Origin: Pseudomonadota bacterium
Lineage (GTDB): Bacteria; Pseudomonadota; Alphaproteobacteria; Paracaedibacterales; CAIOTO01
NCBI GenBank assembly: GCA_040387495.1
Contig: JAZKDQ010000006.1
Span: forward strand, 49,391 to 113,390
Direction: 5' to 3'
Length of the DNA stretch: 64,000 nt
Each line of letters opens with the position of its first letter. Position 1 is the first letter of the stretch. Under the pieces are notes generated by a model. That model made no database searches. It was not told the origin of the DNA and was given only the letters and a program-made list of their open reading frames with translations. The position numbers were made by a program, and so were the translations under genes. This document shows, piece by piece, positions 17,934-28,260 of this stretch.

Positions 17934-19628
17934 ATGCGCATTTCCCTAACACAAACAATCCTGCTCAGCACAGCCTTACTTACAATGAATTTTCCACTTT
18001 CAGCAATGGAGGATGGAGTTAATGGTAAAGATGGTGCCAATAAAGTCTCAACAACTGCAGCCGCTAAAGAGCAGACTGACCCATCACTACAAGAACCAAC
18101 CGCAAATATTATAATCCCAGTTAACAGTCCATATCAGGAAAAGGCAGAAAAACTTGCAAGATCTTTTTTTAATGATGAAGAAGAAGTAAAAGCATCATTA
18201 ACTATTTTTTGCCTAATAGCAGAACTTCTTGATAATAAAGATGCAGGTACTTCCCTACTTTCTTCTGACAATAGCTCAGTTTCAACAATAGTAAGTTTAA
18301 ACGTCCTAAATAACAGCACAGTAAGAGAAGCTGGAACTACAGAATCACTTGTTCTTTCCAATCAATTATCAACAGACACACAAAGTTTTATTTCAGGAAA
18401 TTTATTGTTAATTGCTGAACACCACAATCATCGACATCCTGACTTTAATGAAATTTACACTGTTTTAGCGGATGACTTTCTTAGCACTACACTTCCAAAT
18501 AATGCTCAAGGGAAAGTCTCTGGCACTCAAGAAACAACAGAACGGCTTACGAAAATTCATATGTTTTTCAAAGGATTGATTGATCAAACAAATTCAAAGA
18601 TACAAGAGCATACTTCATCTTTAGCAACTGCTGATACTCCTACGACAGAATCTGCAGCGCAAGTATTAATACAAGAATACAAAGCTCAAAATAATGAATT
18701 AAAAGAACGTCTGTTTAACTTATTAGAACATTTTTCAAATACTCGAAATTTTATTATACAAACAGATAAAACGATCTATAGCAAGATGAAGGTCATAAAA
18801 AACACAGCATCCCCTGACCTGTCATTTAAGAGTATAGGAGAAAAAACTAGCACGATCAGCAAGAATTTAGAAAGCGACATCTCTTATTTAAAAAAATTAA
18901 AAAGAGATTCCGAAACTCTTCTTCACACCCTATATGACTATGATCGTACCGATAGAGATTTGTCGGCAACCCCAAATCTTTTTGCAAAAGGTGTAGTTCT
19001 ATTCCAGGCAGCACTTACATCTGCTGCTGGCAATATTCTTAATCTAACAGAAGGACGAAAATTACGTTATGAGCGCACAGGTTATTCTACCTTGCCGCTT
19101 ACAATCAGCATATCATCAACATTTGTTTCTGAGAAATGTGAAGGTGCTACCGATCAAGCAACACACGAGCGCTATATAGAATATATAAAATCCATGATCA
19201 AACCCACACCAGCTTTATTTGATGCTATTAAAGCTAAACGTATTAAATTTGTTGGGCAAATAACTCCAGAAACAGAAAACAAAACTATTTCTAGTGCGAA
19301 TATTTGCTCATCAACTGCAAATTCAAAATTACTAGATGAAGCAAATGGAGAAAAAAGTGAGGAAAAAGATGAAATTGATGCACCAAGTGATGCGTTAGAC
19401 ACCCCTCCTAATGTTAAAGAAGATCTAAATGCTGCCAGCTTTAGTGAAGCTGGATCAGACGTTGATTGGTCTGCAGAACAGGCGGGCATTGTCACCATCC
19501 GACAGGAGTTTCCTGGTAATAATTACCAGATTGATTCTTGTGATGTAGATCCAATTGAATTAGCTAGTATTGATGAACTATATAGAATTAAACCAAATTT
19601 TAAATCCTTCGATCTTATAAAAAAATAA
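17934..19628 (+). CDS. Hypothetical secreted protein, 564 aa, acidic C-terminal region
   Basis: ORF track 17898..19628. Preferred start is ATG 17934 after GGAAGG. The signal-like N-terminus is MRISLTQTILLSTALLTMNFPLSAMEDG. No recognisable domain. A strong terminator follows. Confidence 0.6.
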   Translation: MRISLTQTILLSTALLTMNFPLSAMEDGVNGKDGANKVSTTAAAKEQTDPSLQEPTANIIIPVNSPYQEKAEKLARSFFNDEEEVKASLTIFCLIAELLDNKDAGTSLLSSDNSSVSTIVSLNVLNNSTVREAGTTESLVLSNQLSTDTQSFISGNLLLIAEHHNHRHPDFNEIYTVLADDFLSTTLPNNAQGKVSGTQETTERLTKIHMFFKGLIDQTNSKIQEHTSSLATADTPTTESAAQVLIQEYKAQNNELKERLFNLLEHFSNTRNFIIQTDKTIYSKMKVIKNTASPDLSFKSIGEKTSTISKNLESDISYLKKLKRDSETLLHTLYDYDRTDRDLSATPNLFAKGVVLFQAALTSAAGNILNLTEGRKLRYERTGYSTLPLTISISSTFVSEKCEGATDQATHERYIEYIKSMIKPTPALFDAIKAKRIKFVGQITPETENKTISSANICSSTANSKLLDEANGEKSEEKDEIDAPSDALDTPPNVKEDLNAASFSEAGSDVDWSAEQAGIVTIRQEFPGNNYQIDSCDVDPIELASIDELYRIKPNFKSFDLIKK

Positions 19629-19653
19629 ATATAACACTGAGATAACACTTCAA

Positions 19654-19685
19654 CTTACCCGTCATAAACAGCGGGTAAGTTTTTT
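19654..19685 (+). terminator. Rho-independent terminator
   Basis: CTTACCCG - loop - CGGGTAAG followed by TTTTTT, 26 nt after the stop at 19628. Confidence 0.75.
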
Positions 19686-19771
19686 GTATTACTCAATATT
19701 CATCTCACCCATTGCATTCCGGCCCAAATCACTTAAAATACACTCATAAAACAACCAAAAAGAACTGTCTT

Positions 19772-20797
19772 ATGCAGCCTTCTTATAGCAACATCCTTAT
19801 TATTTCAAATGGCGAGCTTATCGGTGACGGGCTCGTTAAGTTACCTTTTGTACGTGCTTTTAGACGAGAATTCCCAAGCGCTCATATCACATGGCTGGCA
19901 CGAAATGGATGCGTCTATGCAAACGTGTTGAAAGATATCATTGGCAACAACATAGACGAAGTTATTACCAATACACGCCTTGGAGAATCATTGTTAGATA
20001 TTGTGCGTCCTGCAGTTAGACCTAAGAGCGCAAAAAAATTCGATCTCATTATCAATCCAGAGCTCCGCTGGAATCGCACACTCGCGGCATATCGCATACC
20101 GCATCACACATTCTATTCGCGCCATAAGAATTTTGCATTGTCAGACATCAAACAAAACTTATCCATCCCCAGACGACCGCCTCATGTGTTGGACGACCTC
20201 ATGTGGCTTTTATCGAATGTGTGCGAGCGAGAAATAGAAGCAGATCACGCACCAATAACTGTTCCCGACACCTATTCGAAATTAGCAGAAGCCCTTGTGC
20301 CAGAAGCTGACATCGGACGAGCCATCGGCTTAGCACCAGGCTCAGGTGGACGCAATAAATGCTGGTCCCTTGAATCATATATTGCACTTGGACAGAAATT
20401 GCTACGTGAAGGGTTACTGCCTGTGTACCTGATTGGCCCACAAGAGTTGGAATGGCACCCCATTATTCGTGACTCTGTGCCAAATGCATTGTTTCCACTT
20501 CAAGGAACAGATGATCGATCTGTGTATGTCACCTTAGCGGTTGCTAAACGCCTTCGAGCTGGTATTGCGAATGATGCAGGGGGCGCACATTTAATGGCAA
20601 CGGCAGCATCACTACCGCTAATTGTGCTATATGGCCCTACCCCACCAACGGAATTCGTACCAAATACAAAGCATTTTTATCCCATGCCTGTTCAAGAATT
20701 TGGGTTCGCATCTCTCGATAAGTTACCTGTGGATACAGTGCATGACCGAATTAGATTAGTTTTGGAAAAAGAAAATAGAACCATTTACTCTCGTTAG
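19772..20797 (+). CDS. Glycosyltransferase family 9 (LPS heptosyltransferase-like)
   Basis: From M at 19772: NILIISNGELIGDGLV..., GLAPGSGGRNKCW and IANDAGGAHLMA, which are GT9 hallmark segments. Confidence 0.75.
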   Translation: MQPSYSNILIISNGELIGDGLVKLPFVRAFRREFPSAHITWLARNGCVYANVLKDIIGNNIDEVITNTRLGESLLDIVRPAVRPKSAKKFDLIINPELRWNRTLAAYRIPHHTFYSRHKNFALSDIKQNLSIPRRPPHVLDDLMWLLSNVCEREIEADHAPITVPDTYSKLAEALVPEADIGRAIGLAPGSGGRNKCWSLESYIALGQKLLREGLLPVYLIGPQELEWHPIIRDSVPNALFPLQGTDDRSVYVTLAVAKRLRAGIANDAGGAHLMATAASLPLIVLYGPTPPTEFVPNTKHFYPMPVQEFGFASLDKLPVDTVHDRIRLVLEKENRTIYSR

Positions 20798-20849
20798 AAA
20801 TAGCAGTAAATACCTCCTGCCAATTTTTTATTTTCAGAAGTGATTGGAT

Positions 20850-21350
20850 CTATAACGAAACAACATTTGTAATCCACTCTTTCCACATCCTTAATTGTGT
20901 TAGTTCCTGATCAATTGCGGCCATCGTGTCGCTTTGGTCAGGCGTTTCATCACGCAGCCAAACACGCAGCCAATGATTGAAATACACTGTATACATCTGC
21001 AAACGTGCTTTGCTAGTAAGATCATCGGGTGCTAAGCCTAATTGACAAAACATACGTGTGAAAAAATCACGTGCTACGGGGATAAAATCTTTTAACACGC
21101 ACGGTGACGATAGCATATCAGGGCAAAGCCGATTAAGCGCAGGTTTATCTGGCATAAGCGCATCAAATACAACAAGCGTTGCCTCTAACAAACGATCATG
21201 AATTGGTAAAGTCGCATCAACAATATTGATTTGTGGTGCTGTTCTTGTTTCCACGTAATAGACATAAGCTGTCAACGTTTCAGCCGGTTCATTTCCAAGA
21301 CCCTGCAGCCCCATTGATTCGATAGCGTCGTGATCAAGTGGATTTTTCAT
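20850..21350 (-). CDS. COQ9-like / TetR-C-terminal-like protein (possible rpsU-divergently-transcribed family), short form
   Basis: 166 aa. The C-terminal ...YTVYFNHWLRVWLRDETPDQSDTMAAIDQEL resembles the COQ9 domain pattern (Y..R..L...WL.D.S.D...T..F...R). No N-terminal HTH is present. The call is tentative. Confidence 0.45.
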   Translation of the reverse strand: MKNPLDHDAIESMGLQGLGNEPAETLTAYVYYVETRTAPQINIVDATLPIHDRLLEATLVVFDALMPDKPALNRLCPDMLSSPCVLKDFIPVARDFFTRMFCQLGLAPDDLTSKARLQMYTVYFNHWLRVWLRDETPDQSDTMAAIDQELTQLRMWKEWITNVVSL

Positions 21351-21482
21351 ATATTTCGATCTGCAATTTGTAAGGAGCCATTCTTTTGGATAACCTTTAT
21401 TGCGTGCAAGTGCAAATCATATTTGCATTTTTGGTTAAAGATTTGTATCGTCAGTGCATAGAAACAAAAAAGAGAATTATGT

Positions 21483-21731
21483 ATGGAAGAATCAGTTATT
21501 GGCGGCGTTTCAGGCGCAGAATTAAGACAGTATATCGAGAGGATAGAAAATCTTGAGCAAGAAAAAGCAGAACTAGCTGAACAAATTCGTGAGGTATGTG
21601 CTGAAGCAAAAGCTGAAGGTTTTGATATTAAAATTTTGCGCCAGCTTATCCGTATGCGTAAAATGAAGAAAGAAGATTTAGCTGAGCAAGAAGAGCTTTT
21701 GGAGTTATACAGACGCGCACTTGGCGAGTAG
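21483..21731 (+). CDS. gapR: DUF2312 / GapR-family nucleoid-associated protein
   Basis: 82 aa. GVSGAELRQYIERIENLEQEKAELAEQIREVCAEAKAEGFDIKILRQLIRMRKM matches the highly conserved alphaproteobacterial UPF0335/GapR sequence. Confidence 0.85.
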   Translation: MEESVIGGVSGAELRQYIERIENLEQEKAELAEQIREVCAEAKAEGFDIKILRQLIRMRKMKKEDLAEQEELLELYRRALGE

Positions 21732-21749
21732 CTTAACTGAGGAAGAACA

Positions 21750-22496
21750 ATGCTAAAACGACGCCTCGCTGCTTTTAGTCTGCTTGAAATGGCACTGGTG
21801 CTATCAATCATGGGCGTTATTTCCGCCTATGCGATTCCAGCATTATTACAAGCCCGTGCGGCGACGGGATGGCGCGAAACGGATACGAAACTAGAGTCAG
21901 CGATTTATGCACTAGCGGGGTTTGTTCAGGTACACCAACGGTTGCCAAGTCCGGCAGATCCAGCCTCCAAAGATAATCCGGGAGGTGAGGATAGAAGCCG
22001 CACTATAGGCATTCTTCCTTATCGAACGCTCGGCATTCAAGAAAGTGATGCACAAGATGGTTTTCGTCACTGGATCAGTTATTCAGCCTCACAAGATTTA
22101 ACGGCTGATGCTCAAAATGCACCGCGAAAACCTGTTACGGCACATCGTGGATTGCCTGGCAGTAACTCGCAAGATAGCAGCAATCCTATTTGCCATGTTC
22201 GTCCACATTCGAGTCGGCTCGATGTCCGAAACGCACAAGGGCAATCGATGTTAGCGACGGGTTTTTTTGACGATCTTATCGCATTTGTATTGGTAAGTCA
22301 TGGCCCATCTGGGGCGGGATCTTTTGATGATGCAGGTCAACGCCGGCCAGCGACTGGCGATAAACTACAGAATTTAGGTGTTACACCTTTTCTAGATCGT
22401 GCTATTACACAAGAATATGACGATCGTGTGCGCTGGGTATCGCGCAATAATTTAATGGCGATGTACGCGAAACAACCGTGCAAGCCTTTAACTTAA
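21750..22496 (+). CDS. Prepilin-type N-terminal cleavage/methylation domain protein (orphan pseudopilin-like)
   Basis: 248 aa. The N-terminus AAFSLLEMALVLSIMGVISAYAIPAL is the class III signal / pilin-like hydrophobic helix with the invariant E. The rest is unrecognisable. Confidence 0.7.
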   Translation: MLKRRLAAFSLLEMALVLSIMGVISAYAIPALLQARAATGWRETDTKLESAIYALAGFVQVHQRLPSPADPASKDNPGGEDRSRTIGILPYRTLGIQESDAQDGFRHWISYSASQDLTADAQNAPRKPVTAHRGLPGSNSQDSSNPICHVRPHSSRLDVRNAQGQSMLATGFFDDLIAFVLVSHGPSGAGSFDDAGQRRPATGDKLQNLGVTPFLDRAITQEYDDRVRWVSRNNLMAMYAKQPCKPLT

Positions 22497-22638
22497 CAAG
22501 GCTTAAGACAACGCATAAAATAAATATGCAGATTTAGAATATCAATACCACGTGATTAATTCGATAGAATTAGCTATGATGTTATTTGCATCCATTAAAT
22601 GCTTGCACAACACTTAGAAACAATAATGTGGTTTTCCA

Positions 22639-25233
22639 ATGACATCTGATATTCGTGCTCAAACTCTGGTCAATTCTGACCTAACTCCGACTGCTGAGAC
22701 AGCTACACTTGTGGCTATCCCAACAACGCACACCCCTATGATGCAGCAATATTGGGAAATCAAACAACGCCACCCAAACGAATTGCTCTTTTACCGCATG
22801 GGCGATTTTTATGAAATGTTTCATGACGACGCAGTGATTGCGGCGCGCGATTTGGATATTGCATTAACTAAACGTGGAAAAACCGATGGCGAAGATATCC
22901 ACATGTGCGGGGTACCATTTCATGCATATGAAAATTACTTAGCGCGGTTGATTCAAAAGGGGCACCGTGTAGCTATTTGTGAGCAGTTGGAATCGCCCGA
23001 GGACGCTAAAAAACGCGGTGCAAAAGGTCCGTTGAACCGAGATGTTGTGCGTATTGTAACGCCTGGAACGCTCACCGAGGAAACACTGCTGCCAGCGCGT
23101 CAGAACAATTACTTGGTAGCTGTGTCACCGCTTGTAAAAGGGAAGCTTGGCATTTCGATCATTGATATTTCCACTGGGGAATTCATGCTTGAACCGTGCG
23201 CGGCCGTTGATCTTGCAACCACATTGGCGCGCCTTGATCCGTCTGAAATCCTCATCCCTGACACGCATCTGAATCCAGGTGAATTGTTTGATACATTGCT
23301 GCCGTGGCGCCGTAAATGCACGCCAATGCCCTTAGTGCGTTTTAGTCATGCCAACTGCGTGGAACGGTTGATGACATTCTTTTCCACGAAGACCTTGGAC
23401 GTTTTTGGGCAAATTCCCGATGAATGTTTAATGGCGGCAGGTGTCGCATTGGATTATCTGTATCTAACACAAAAAGAAGCATTGCCGCGCCTAGCATATC
23501 CCCGCTTTGTACAAAAATCGGAATCGCTTATTATTGATGCAGCGACACGCAAAAGTCTGGAACTGACTTATACGCAAAACGGGCACTTTCAAGGCTCACT
23601 ATTGCACAGCATTGACAGGACGTTGACTTCGATGGGTGCGCGATTGCTAATGCGACGTCTGTCATCCCCGTTGATTGATCCTGTTTCTATCCATCAACGC
23701 CAGGATAAAGTGACGTATTTTTATGATCAGGCGCCCATAAGGCGGGATGTGCGTGCGCTACTGGCAAAATGCCCTGATGCGGAACGTGCACTCGGGCGGT
23801 TATTGATGAATCGTGGCGGTCCGCGTGATGTTGGCTTGGTGCGACAAGCGTTGAGTCAGGCTGAGCAGCTAAGCCATTTTCTGGATGAAACGCCTGCTTT
23901 CTCTGAACAGTGGAAAGATGCACTTACCTGCAACCCAGATACGCTCACGTTGCTAACGAATGCTTTTCATGACGAACAATTGCCACTGCTTGCGCGTGAT
24001 GGCGGGTTCATTGCGGATGGTTATTCGCCTGACCTTGATCGCGTGCGGCATGTGCGTGCAAATGGAAAATCGATGATTGAAGCGCTGCAGCAGCGTTATG
24101 TCATGGAAACATCGATCACCACGCTTAAAATTCGTCACAACCATGTGCTGGGCTACCATATCGAGGTAAGCCCCAGTCATAATAGTAAGGTGCCAGATTA
24201 TTTTATTCACAGGCAAACGTTATCAACCAGTTATCGATACACAACCATTGAACTTGCTAAACTTGAGCAGGACTTGAGCCAGGCAGAGGCAACAGCGCTG
24301 TCCATTGAGCTGTCTTTGTATGAAAGCTTGATCGAAGAAATTGCACTGGCTGAAGCGTCGCTTAAAAAGACATTACGCGCGTTGGGTGATATCGATGTGG
24401 CAGCGGCTGCAGCGGAACTTGCGGTTGTTGAACGATATACGGCACCTATTATTGATGATTCGCCTATGATTCATATTGAAAATGGTCGCCACCCTGTGGT
24501 GGAGCAAGTCTTAAGGCAATCTTCTGCAACGATGCCTTTTACAGCAAATGATTGTAAGGTGACTGAACTAAAACGCTTTTGGCTCATGACAGGGCCAAAT
24601 ATGGGTGGAAAAAGTACGTATCTTCGTCAGAATGCCTTGATTATTATCATGGCACAAATGGGCATGTATGTGCCGGCGGAGTCTGCACGCATCGGTTGGG
24701 TTGATCGAATTTTTAGCCGCGTTGGCGCATCGGATGATTTAGCTGCTGGACGATCAACGTTTATGGTAGAGATGGTCGAAACAGCAGCTATTTTACATCA
24801 AGCAACAGATCGATCTTTTGTGATTTTAGATGAAATCGGCCGTGGAACGGCGACGTATGATGGCCTTGCCATTGCGTGGGCTGTGTCTGAACATCTGCAC
24901 AATGAAATTAAATGTCGTGCAATTTTTGCGACACATTATCATGAACTGACAAAACTGCAAGATACATTGCCAATGATGGCGTGCTTAACCGTTAAAGTCG
25001 AAGAATGGCAAAATCAAATTGTCTTTTTGCATAAAGTAATTGAAGGAGTGGCGGACAGATCATATGGTGTGCACGTGGCTGCACTTGCGGGCTTGCCAAA
25101 AACGGTCGTGAAACGTGCGGAGATAGTGCTGCGTGGGTTAGAGAAAGCAAAGAAAGATAAACAGGCTAAAACACTATCCGATAAAACTGAAGAAGCTCAG
25201 GAACAAAGAAAGCAATTGAAATTAGTGTTTTAG
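22639..25233 (+). CDS. mutS: DNA mismatch repair protein MutS
   Basis: 864 aa. [12 protein letters not shown]..., [11 protein letters not shown], Walker [10 protein letters not shown] and [12 protein letters not shown]. Confidence 0.95.
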   Translation: MTSDIRAQTLVNSDLTPTAETATLVAIPTTHTPMMQQYWEIKQRHPNELLFYRMGDFYEMFHDDAVIAARDLDIALTKRGKTDGEDIHMCGVPFHAYENYLARLIQKGHRVAICEQLESPEDAKKRGAKGPLNRDVVRIVTPGTLTEETLLPARQNNYLVAVSPLVKGKLGISIIDISTGEFMLEPCAAVDLATTLARLDPSEILIPDTHLNPGELFDTLLPWRRKCTPMPLVRFSHANCVERLMTFFSTKTLDVFGQIPDECLMAAGVALDYLYLTQKEALPRLAYPRFVQKSESLIIDAATRKSLELTYTQNGHFQGSLLHSIDRTLTSMGARLLMRRLSSPLIDPVSIHQRQDKVTYFYDQAPIRRDVRALLAKCPDAERALGRLLMNRGGPRDVGLVRQALSQAEQLSHFLDETPAFSEQWKDALTCNPDTLTLLTNAFHDEQLPLLARDGGFIADGYSPDLDRVRHVRANGKSMIEALQQRYVMETSITTLKIRHNHVLGYHIEVSPSHNSKVPDYFIHRQTLSTSYRYTTIELAKLEQDLSQAEATALSIELSLYESLIEEIALAEASLKKTLRALGDIDVAAAAAELAVVERYTAPIIDDSPMIHIENGRHPVVEQVLRQSSATMPFTANDCKVTELKRFWLMTGPNMGGKSTYLRQNALIIIMAQMGMYVPAESARIGWVDRIFSRVGASDDLAAGRSTFMVEMVETAAILHQATDRSFVILDEIGRGTATYDGLAIAWAVSEHLHNEIKCRAIFATHYHELTKLQDTLPMMACLTVKVEEWQNQIVFLHKVIEGVADRSYGVHVAALAGLPKTVVKRAEIVLRGLEKAKKDKQAKTLSDKTEEAQEQRKQLKLVF

Positions 25234-25328
25234 TGCTTTTATCCATTGTCACATTTTGTCACACACAATTGCTGTCGTTTAGGTTATCTTAAGTCTGAAA
25301 TTCATTAATCAATAAAAGAGAAAAATAT

Positions 25329-27179
25329 ATGTGTGGCATTATTGGAATTATCAGTCAAACCGACGTTAGTGAACGCTTGCTTGATGGTCTTAAGCGGCTT
25401 GAGTATCGCGGGTATGATTCGGCTGGGATTGCAACATTGGCAGCTGATGGTGAGATTGATCGTCGCCGCGCTGAAGGTAAACTTGAAAAACTTGCTGACG
25501 TCTTATGTGAACGCCCACTTGCTGGAACTATTGGTATTGGCCATACACGTTGGGCAACGCACGGTGGTATCACGAAAAATAACGCTCACCCTATGGCGAA
25601 TGATAGTGTTGCAGTTGTACATAATGGCATTATTGAAAACTTTGCTCCGCTTAAAGAAATGTTGCTGAAACGTGGGGCAATCTTTACCAGTGATACGGAT
25701 ACTGAGGTCGTCATGCACTTGGTCTCTATGTATATGCAAGATGGTTTGGCTCCGCTTGAGGCCGTTCAAAGAACTCTATCACAAATTAAAGGTGCATTTG
25801 CACTTGCGTTCCTGTTTAAAGCGCACTCACATATGTTGATCGCTGCCCGCCGAGGCAGCCCACTTGTACTAGGCGTTACTGAGTCAGAGCTATTCATTGG
25901 ATCAGATGCCATTGCACTTGCGCCGTGGGTGCGCACGCTGTGTTATCTTGAAGAAGGCGATGTTGCAACCTTAACATTGCACCGTGATAAAGCTAAAGTT
26001 TCAATTCTGAACGAGGAAGGCATACCAGTAGAGCGCCCGCTTCGACAAACAAACATAACAACAGATGCAATCAGTAAAGGTGCTTTCACGCACTATATGC
26101 TGAAAGAGATTTTTGAGCAGCCGTTGACGGTGAGCGATACGTTGCAGTCACTTATTTCTGTTGAAGACGAATCATTTCACGCACCCCTGCTTGCGCTTGA
26201 TAAACCCTTTTCTAAGATTCGTATTATTGCATGTGGCACATCATATTATGCGGGGCTTGTGGCAAAGTATTGGTTTGAAAAACTGGCACGTATTCACGTA
26301 GATGTAGAAATTGCGTCTGAGTTTCGGTACCGCTCACCTGTGTTTGATGGTAATACATTGAACTTCTTCATCACACAATCAGGTGAAACCATTGATACGC
26401 TAGCCGCCTTAACGCTGGTTAAGCAGCACAGTGAAACATGCGTTGCAATTATGAACGTAGCGGAAAGCTCCATTGCACGTGCGTCGGATCATGTAATTCA
26501 AACAATGGCGGGCCCTGAAATTGGTGTGGCGAGTACAAAAGCATTTACAGCGCAACTCGTCGTTCTGGCTTCATTGTGTTTGAAATTTGCAAAAGAAAAC
26601 AAAACAATATCTGATAGTGAATGGACGCAGTTTTTCCAGTCTATTGCACAAATTCCAGGGCATATCAGTGATATGTTACGTAATGACGGGGTATATCACC
26701 AACTGGCAGCACATTTGTGTCAGATGCACCATGCTTTGTATTTGGGTCGCGGTGCTAACTTTCCAATCGCACTCGAGGGCGCATTAAAACTTAAAGAGAT
26801 TTCATACATTCACGCTGAAGGCTATCCTGCAGGCGAGCTTAAACACGGTCCCATTGCCTTGATTGATTCTAAAATGCCCGTGATTGTCGTGGCACCACAT
26901 GATGAATGGTTTGAAAAGACGCTGTCGAATGTACAAGAAGTATTAGCGCGTTGCGCGCAGGTGATTGTGTTCACAGATGAAAAAGGTGCAGCAGCAATTG
27001 AGGCACAAACAAAAACAATGCCGTGCTATCGCATTATAACATTGCCGGAATCGAATATGCTGACGGCACCGCTTTTGTATACGGTTCCAATCCAGTTGCT
27101 TGCGTATTATACCGCGCATATGAAAGGCACAGATGTGGATCAGCCACGGAATTTGGCGAAGTCTGTGACGGTGGAGTAA
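25329..27179 (+). CDS. glmS: Glutamine--fructose-6-phosphate aminotransferase
   Basis: 616 aa. N-terminal MCGIIG, two SIS domains, C-terminal ...DVDQPRNLAKSVTVE. Confidence 0.95.
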   Translation: MCGIIGIISQTDVSERLLDGLKRLEYRGYDSAGIATLAADGEIDRRRAEGKLEKLADVLCERPLAGTIGIGHTRWATHGGITKNNAHPMANDSVAVVHNGIIENFAPLKEMLLKRGAIFTSDTDTEVVMHLVSMYMQDGLAPLEAVQRTLSQIKGAFALAFLFKAHSHMLIAARRGSPLVLGVTESELFIGSDAIALAPWVRTLCYLEEGDVATLTLHRDKAKVSILNEEGIPVERPLRQTNITTDAISKGAFTHYMLKEIFEQPLTVSDTLQSLISVEDESFHAPLLALDKPFSKIRIIACGTSYYAGLVAKYWFEKLARIHVDVEIASEFRYRSPVFDGNTLNFFITQSGETIDTLAALTLVKQHSETCVAIMNVAESSIARASDHVIQTMAGPEIGVASTKAFTAQLVVLASLCLKFAKENKTISDSEWTQFFQSIAQIPGHISDMLRNDGVYHQLAAHLCQMHHALYLGRGANFPIALEGALKLKEISYIHAEGYPAGELKHGPIALIDSKMPVIVVAPHDEWFEKTLSNVQEVLARCAQVIVFTDEKGAAAIEAQTKTMPCYRIITLPESNMLTAPLLYTVPIQLLAYYTAHMKGTDVDQPRNLAKSVTVE

Positions 27180-27199
27180 TCTCCACCTCACTACTGCAC

Positions 27200-27299
27200 G
27201 TCATCCTCGCCTAGGCGGGGATCCAGTTGGGTTTTTAACGCTACTTGTTATGGTTTGATATTCTACTTTTTCCTGGATCCCCGCTTTCGCGGGGATGAC
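27200..27299. repeat. MITE-like composite palindrome between glmS and map
   Basis: GTCATCCTCGCCTAGGCGGGGATCCAG (27200-27226) and CTGGATCCCCGCTTTCGCGGGGATGAC (27273-27299) are inverted copies. Each arm is itself a GC hairpin. They flank a 46-nt AT-rich spacer. Confidence 0.7.
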
Positions 27300-27314
27300 A
27301 AATATCATATCCTT

Positions 27315-28151
27315 TTACGAAACCGTGAAAATCTCAACGCCATTTGCGGTCACACCAAGAGTGTGTTCAAATTGAGCGGATAAAGATCGATCACGGGTCA
27401 CAGCGGTCCAGCCATCATCCAACATTTTTACTTGATATTTTCCTGCATTGATCATGGGTTCAATTGTGAAGAACATCCCTTCTTTAAGAACAATACCTTC
27501 GCCTGGCTTACCATAATGCACAATACTTGGTGCGCCATGAAATGCACGGCCTAACCCATGCCCGCAGAAATCACGTACAACGGAAAAACTATTCTTCTCG
27601 GCATGTGATTGAATTGCATGGCCAATGTCACCTAGGGTTGCGCCAGGCCTCACTACGTCAATCGCACGCATAAGGCACTCGTATGTAACGTTAACCAGCT
27701 TTTCGGCACGCAGAGGCACTTTACCAATGCTAAACATGCGACTTGTGTCTCCATGCCAACCATCTACGATCAATGTGACGTCAATATTAATAATATCGCC
27801 CGTTACAAGCTTTTTTGCCGATGGAATACCGTGGCAGACAACATGATTGACAGATGTGCAAATTGATTTAGGAAAAGGATTATGCCCAAATGGTGAATAA
27901 TTGAGTGGAGCAGGTATGGCCTTATGTTCCATCGTCCATGTATGACATATGGTATTAAGCTCATCCGTAGTTATACCAGCCTTTACAAATGGCGTAACAT
28001 AATCCAATAATTGCGAGGCAAGTTTGCCTGCTTTGCGCATACCTTCAAATTCAGCTGCACCATGAATGATGATGTCAGTATCATCTGATTCTTCTTCGTG
28101 ATGGCCATGGTTACAATGCTCGCCGTGAACATGATGTTGTGGGTTGATCAT
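27315..28151 (-). CDS. map: Type I methionine aminopeptidase with a His-rich N-terminal extension
   Basis: ORF track 27315..28253. Preferred start is ATG 28151 with GGAG 10 nt upstream. The core has the metal ligands in ...DIINIDVT..., ...GHGLGR..., ...FTIEP... and ...QFEHT.... The N-terminus is MINPQHHVHGEHCNHGHHEEE. Confidence 0.9.
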   Translation of the reverse strand: MINPQHHVHGEHCNHGHHEEESDDTDIIIHGAAEFEGMRKAGKLASQLLDYVTPFVKAGITTDELNTICHTWTMEHKAIPAPLNYSPFGHNPFPKSICTSVNHVVCHGIPSAKKLVTGDIINIDVTLIVDGWHGDTSRMFSIGKVPLRAEKLVNVTYECLMRAIDVVRPGATLGDIGHAIQSHAEKNSFSVVRDFCGHGLGRAFHGAPSIVHYGKPGEGIVLKEGMFFTIEPMINAGKYQVKMLDDGWTAVTRDRSLSAQFEHTLGVTANGVEIFTVS

Positions 28152-28171
28152 AGATTTGCTCCTTAAATCAT

Positions 28172-28204
28172 AAAAAACCCCGCAAACGATATCGTAGGCG
28201 GGGC
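28172..28204 (-). terminator. Rho-independent terminator downstream of rpsD
   Basis: On the minus strand: CCCCGC - loop - GCGGGG followed by TTTTTT, about 55 nt after the rpsD stop. Confidence 0.7.
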
Positions 28205-28260
28205 TTGTGTGTTTTAAAAGTGCATTCTTTGCAATGCAGAGAATACCAGCCAAAAATTAA

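Noticed and set aside
21347-21811. 154-aa minus-strand ORF covering the gapR locus
   Set aside because: It is antisense to the strongly conserved DUF2312/GapR ORF. Its Ser/Ala/Arg-rich low-complexity translation is typical of the mirror frame of a Glu/Leu/Ala-rich gene.
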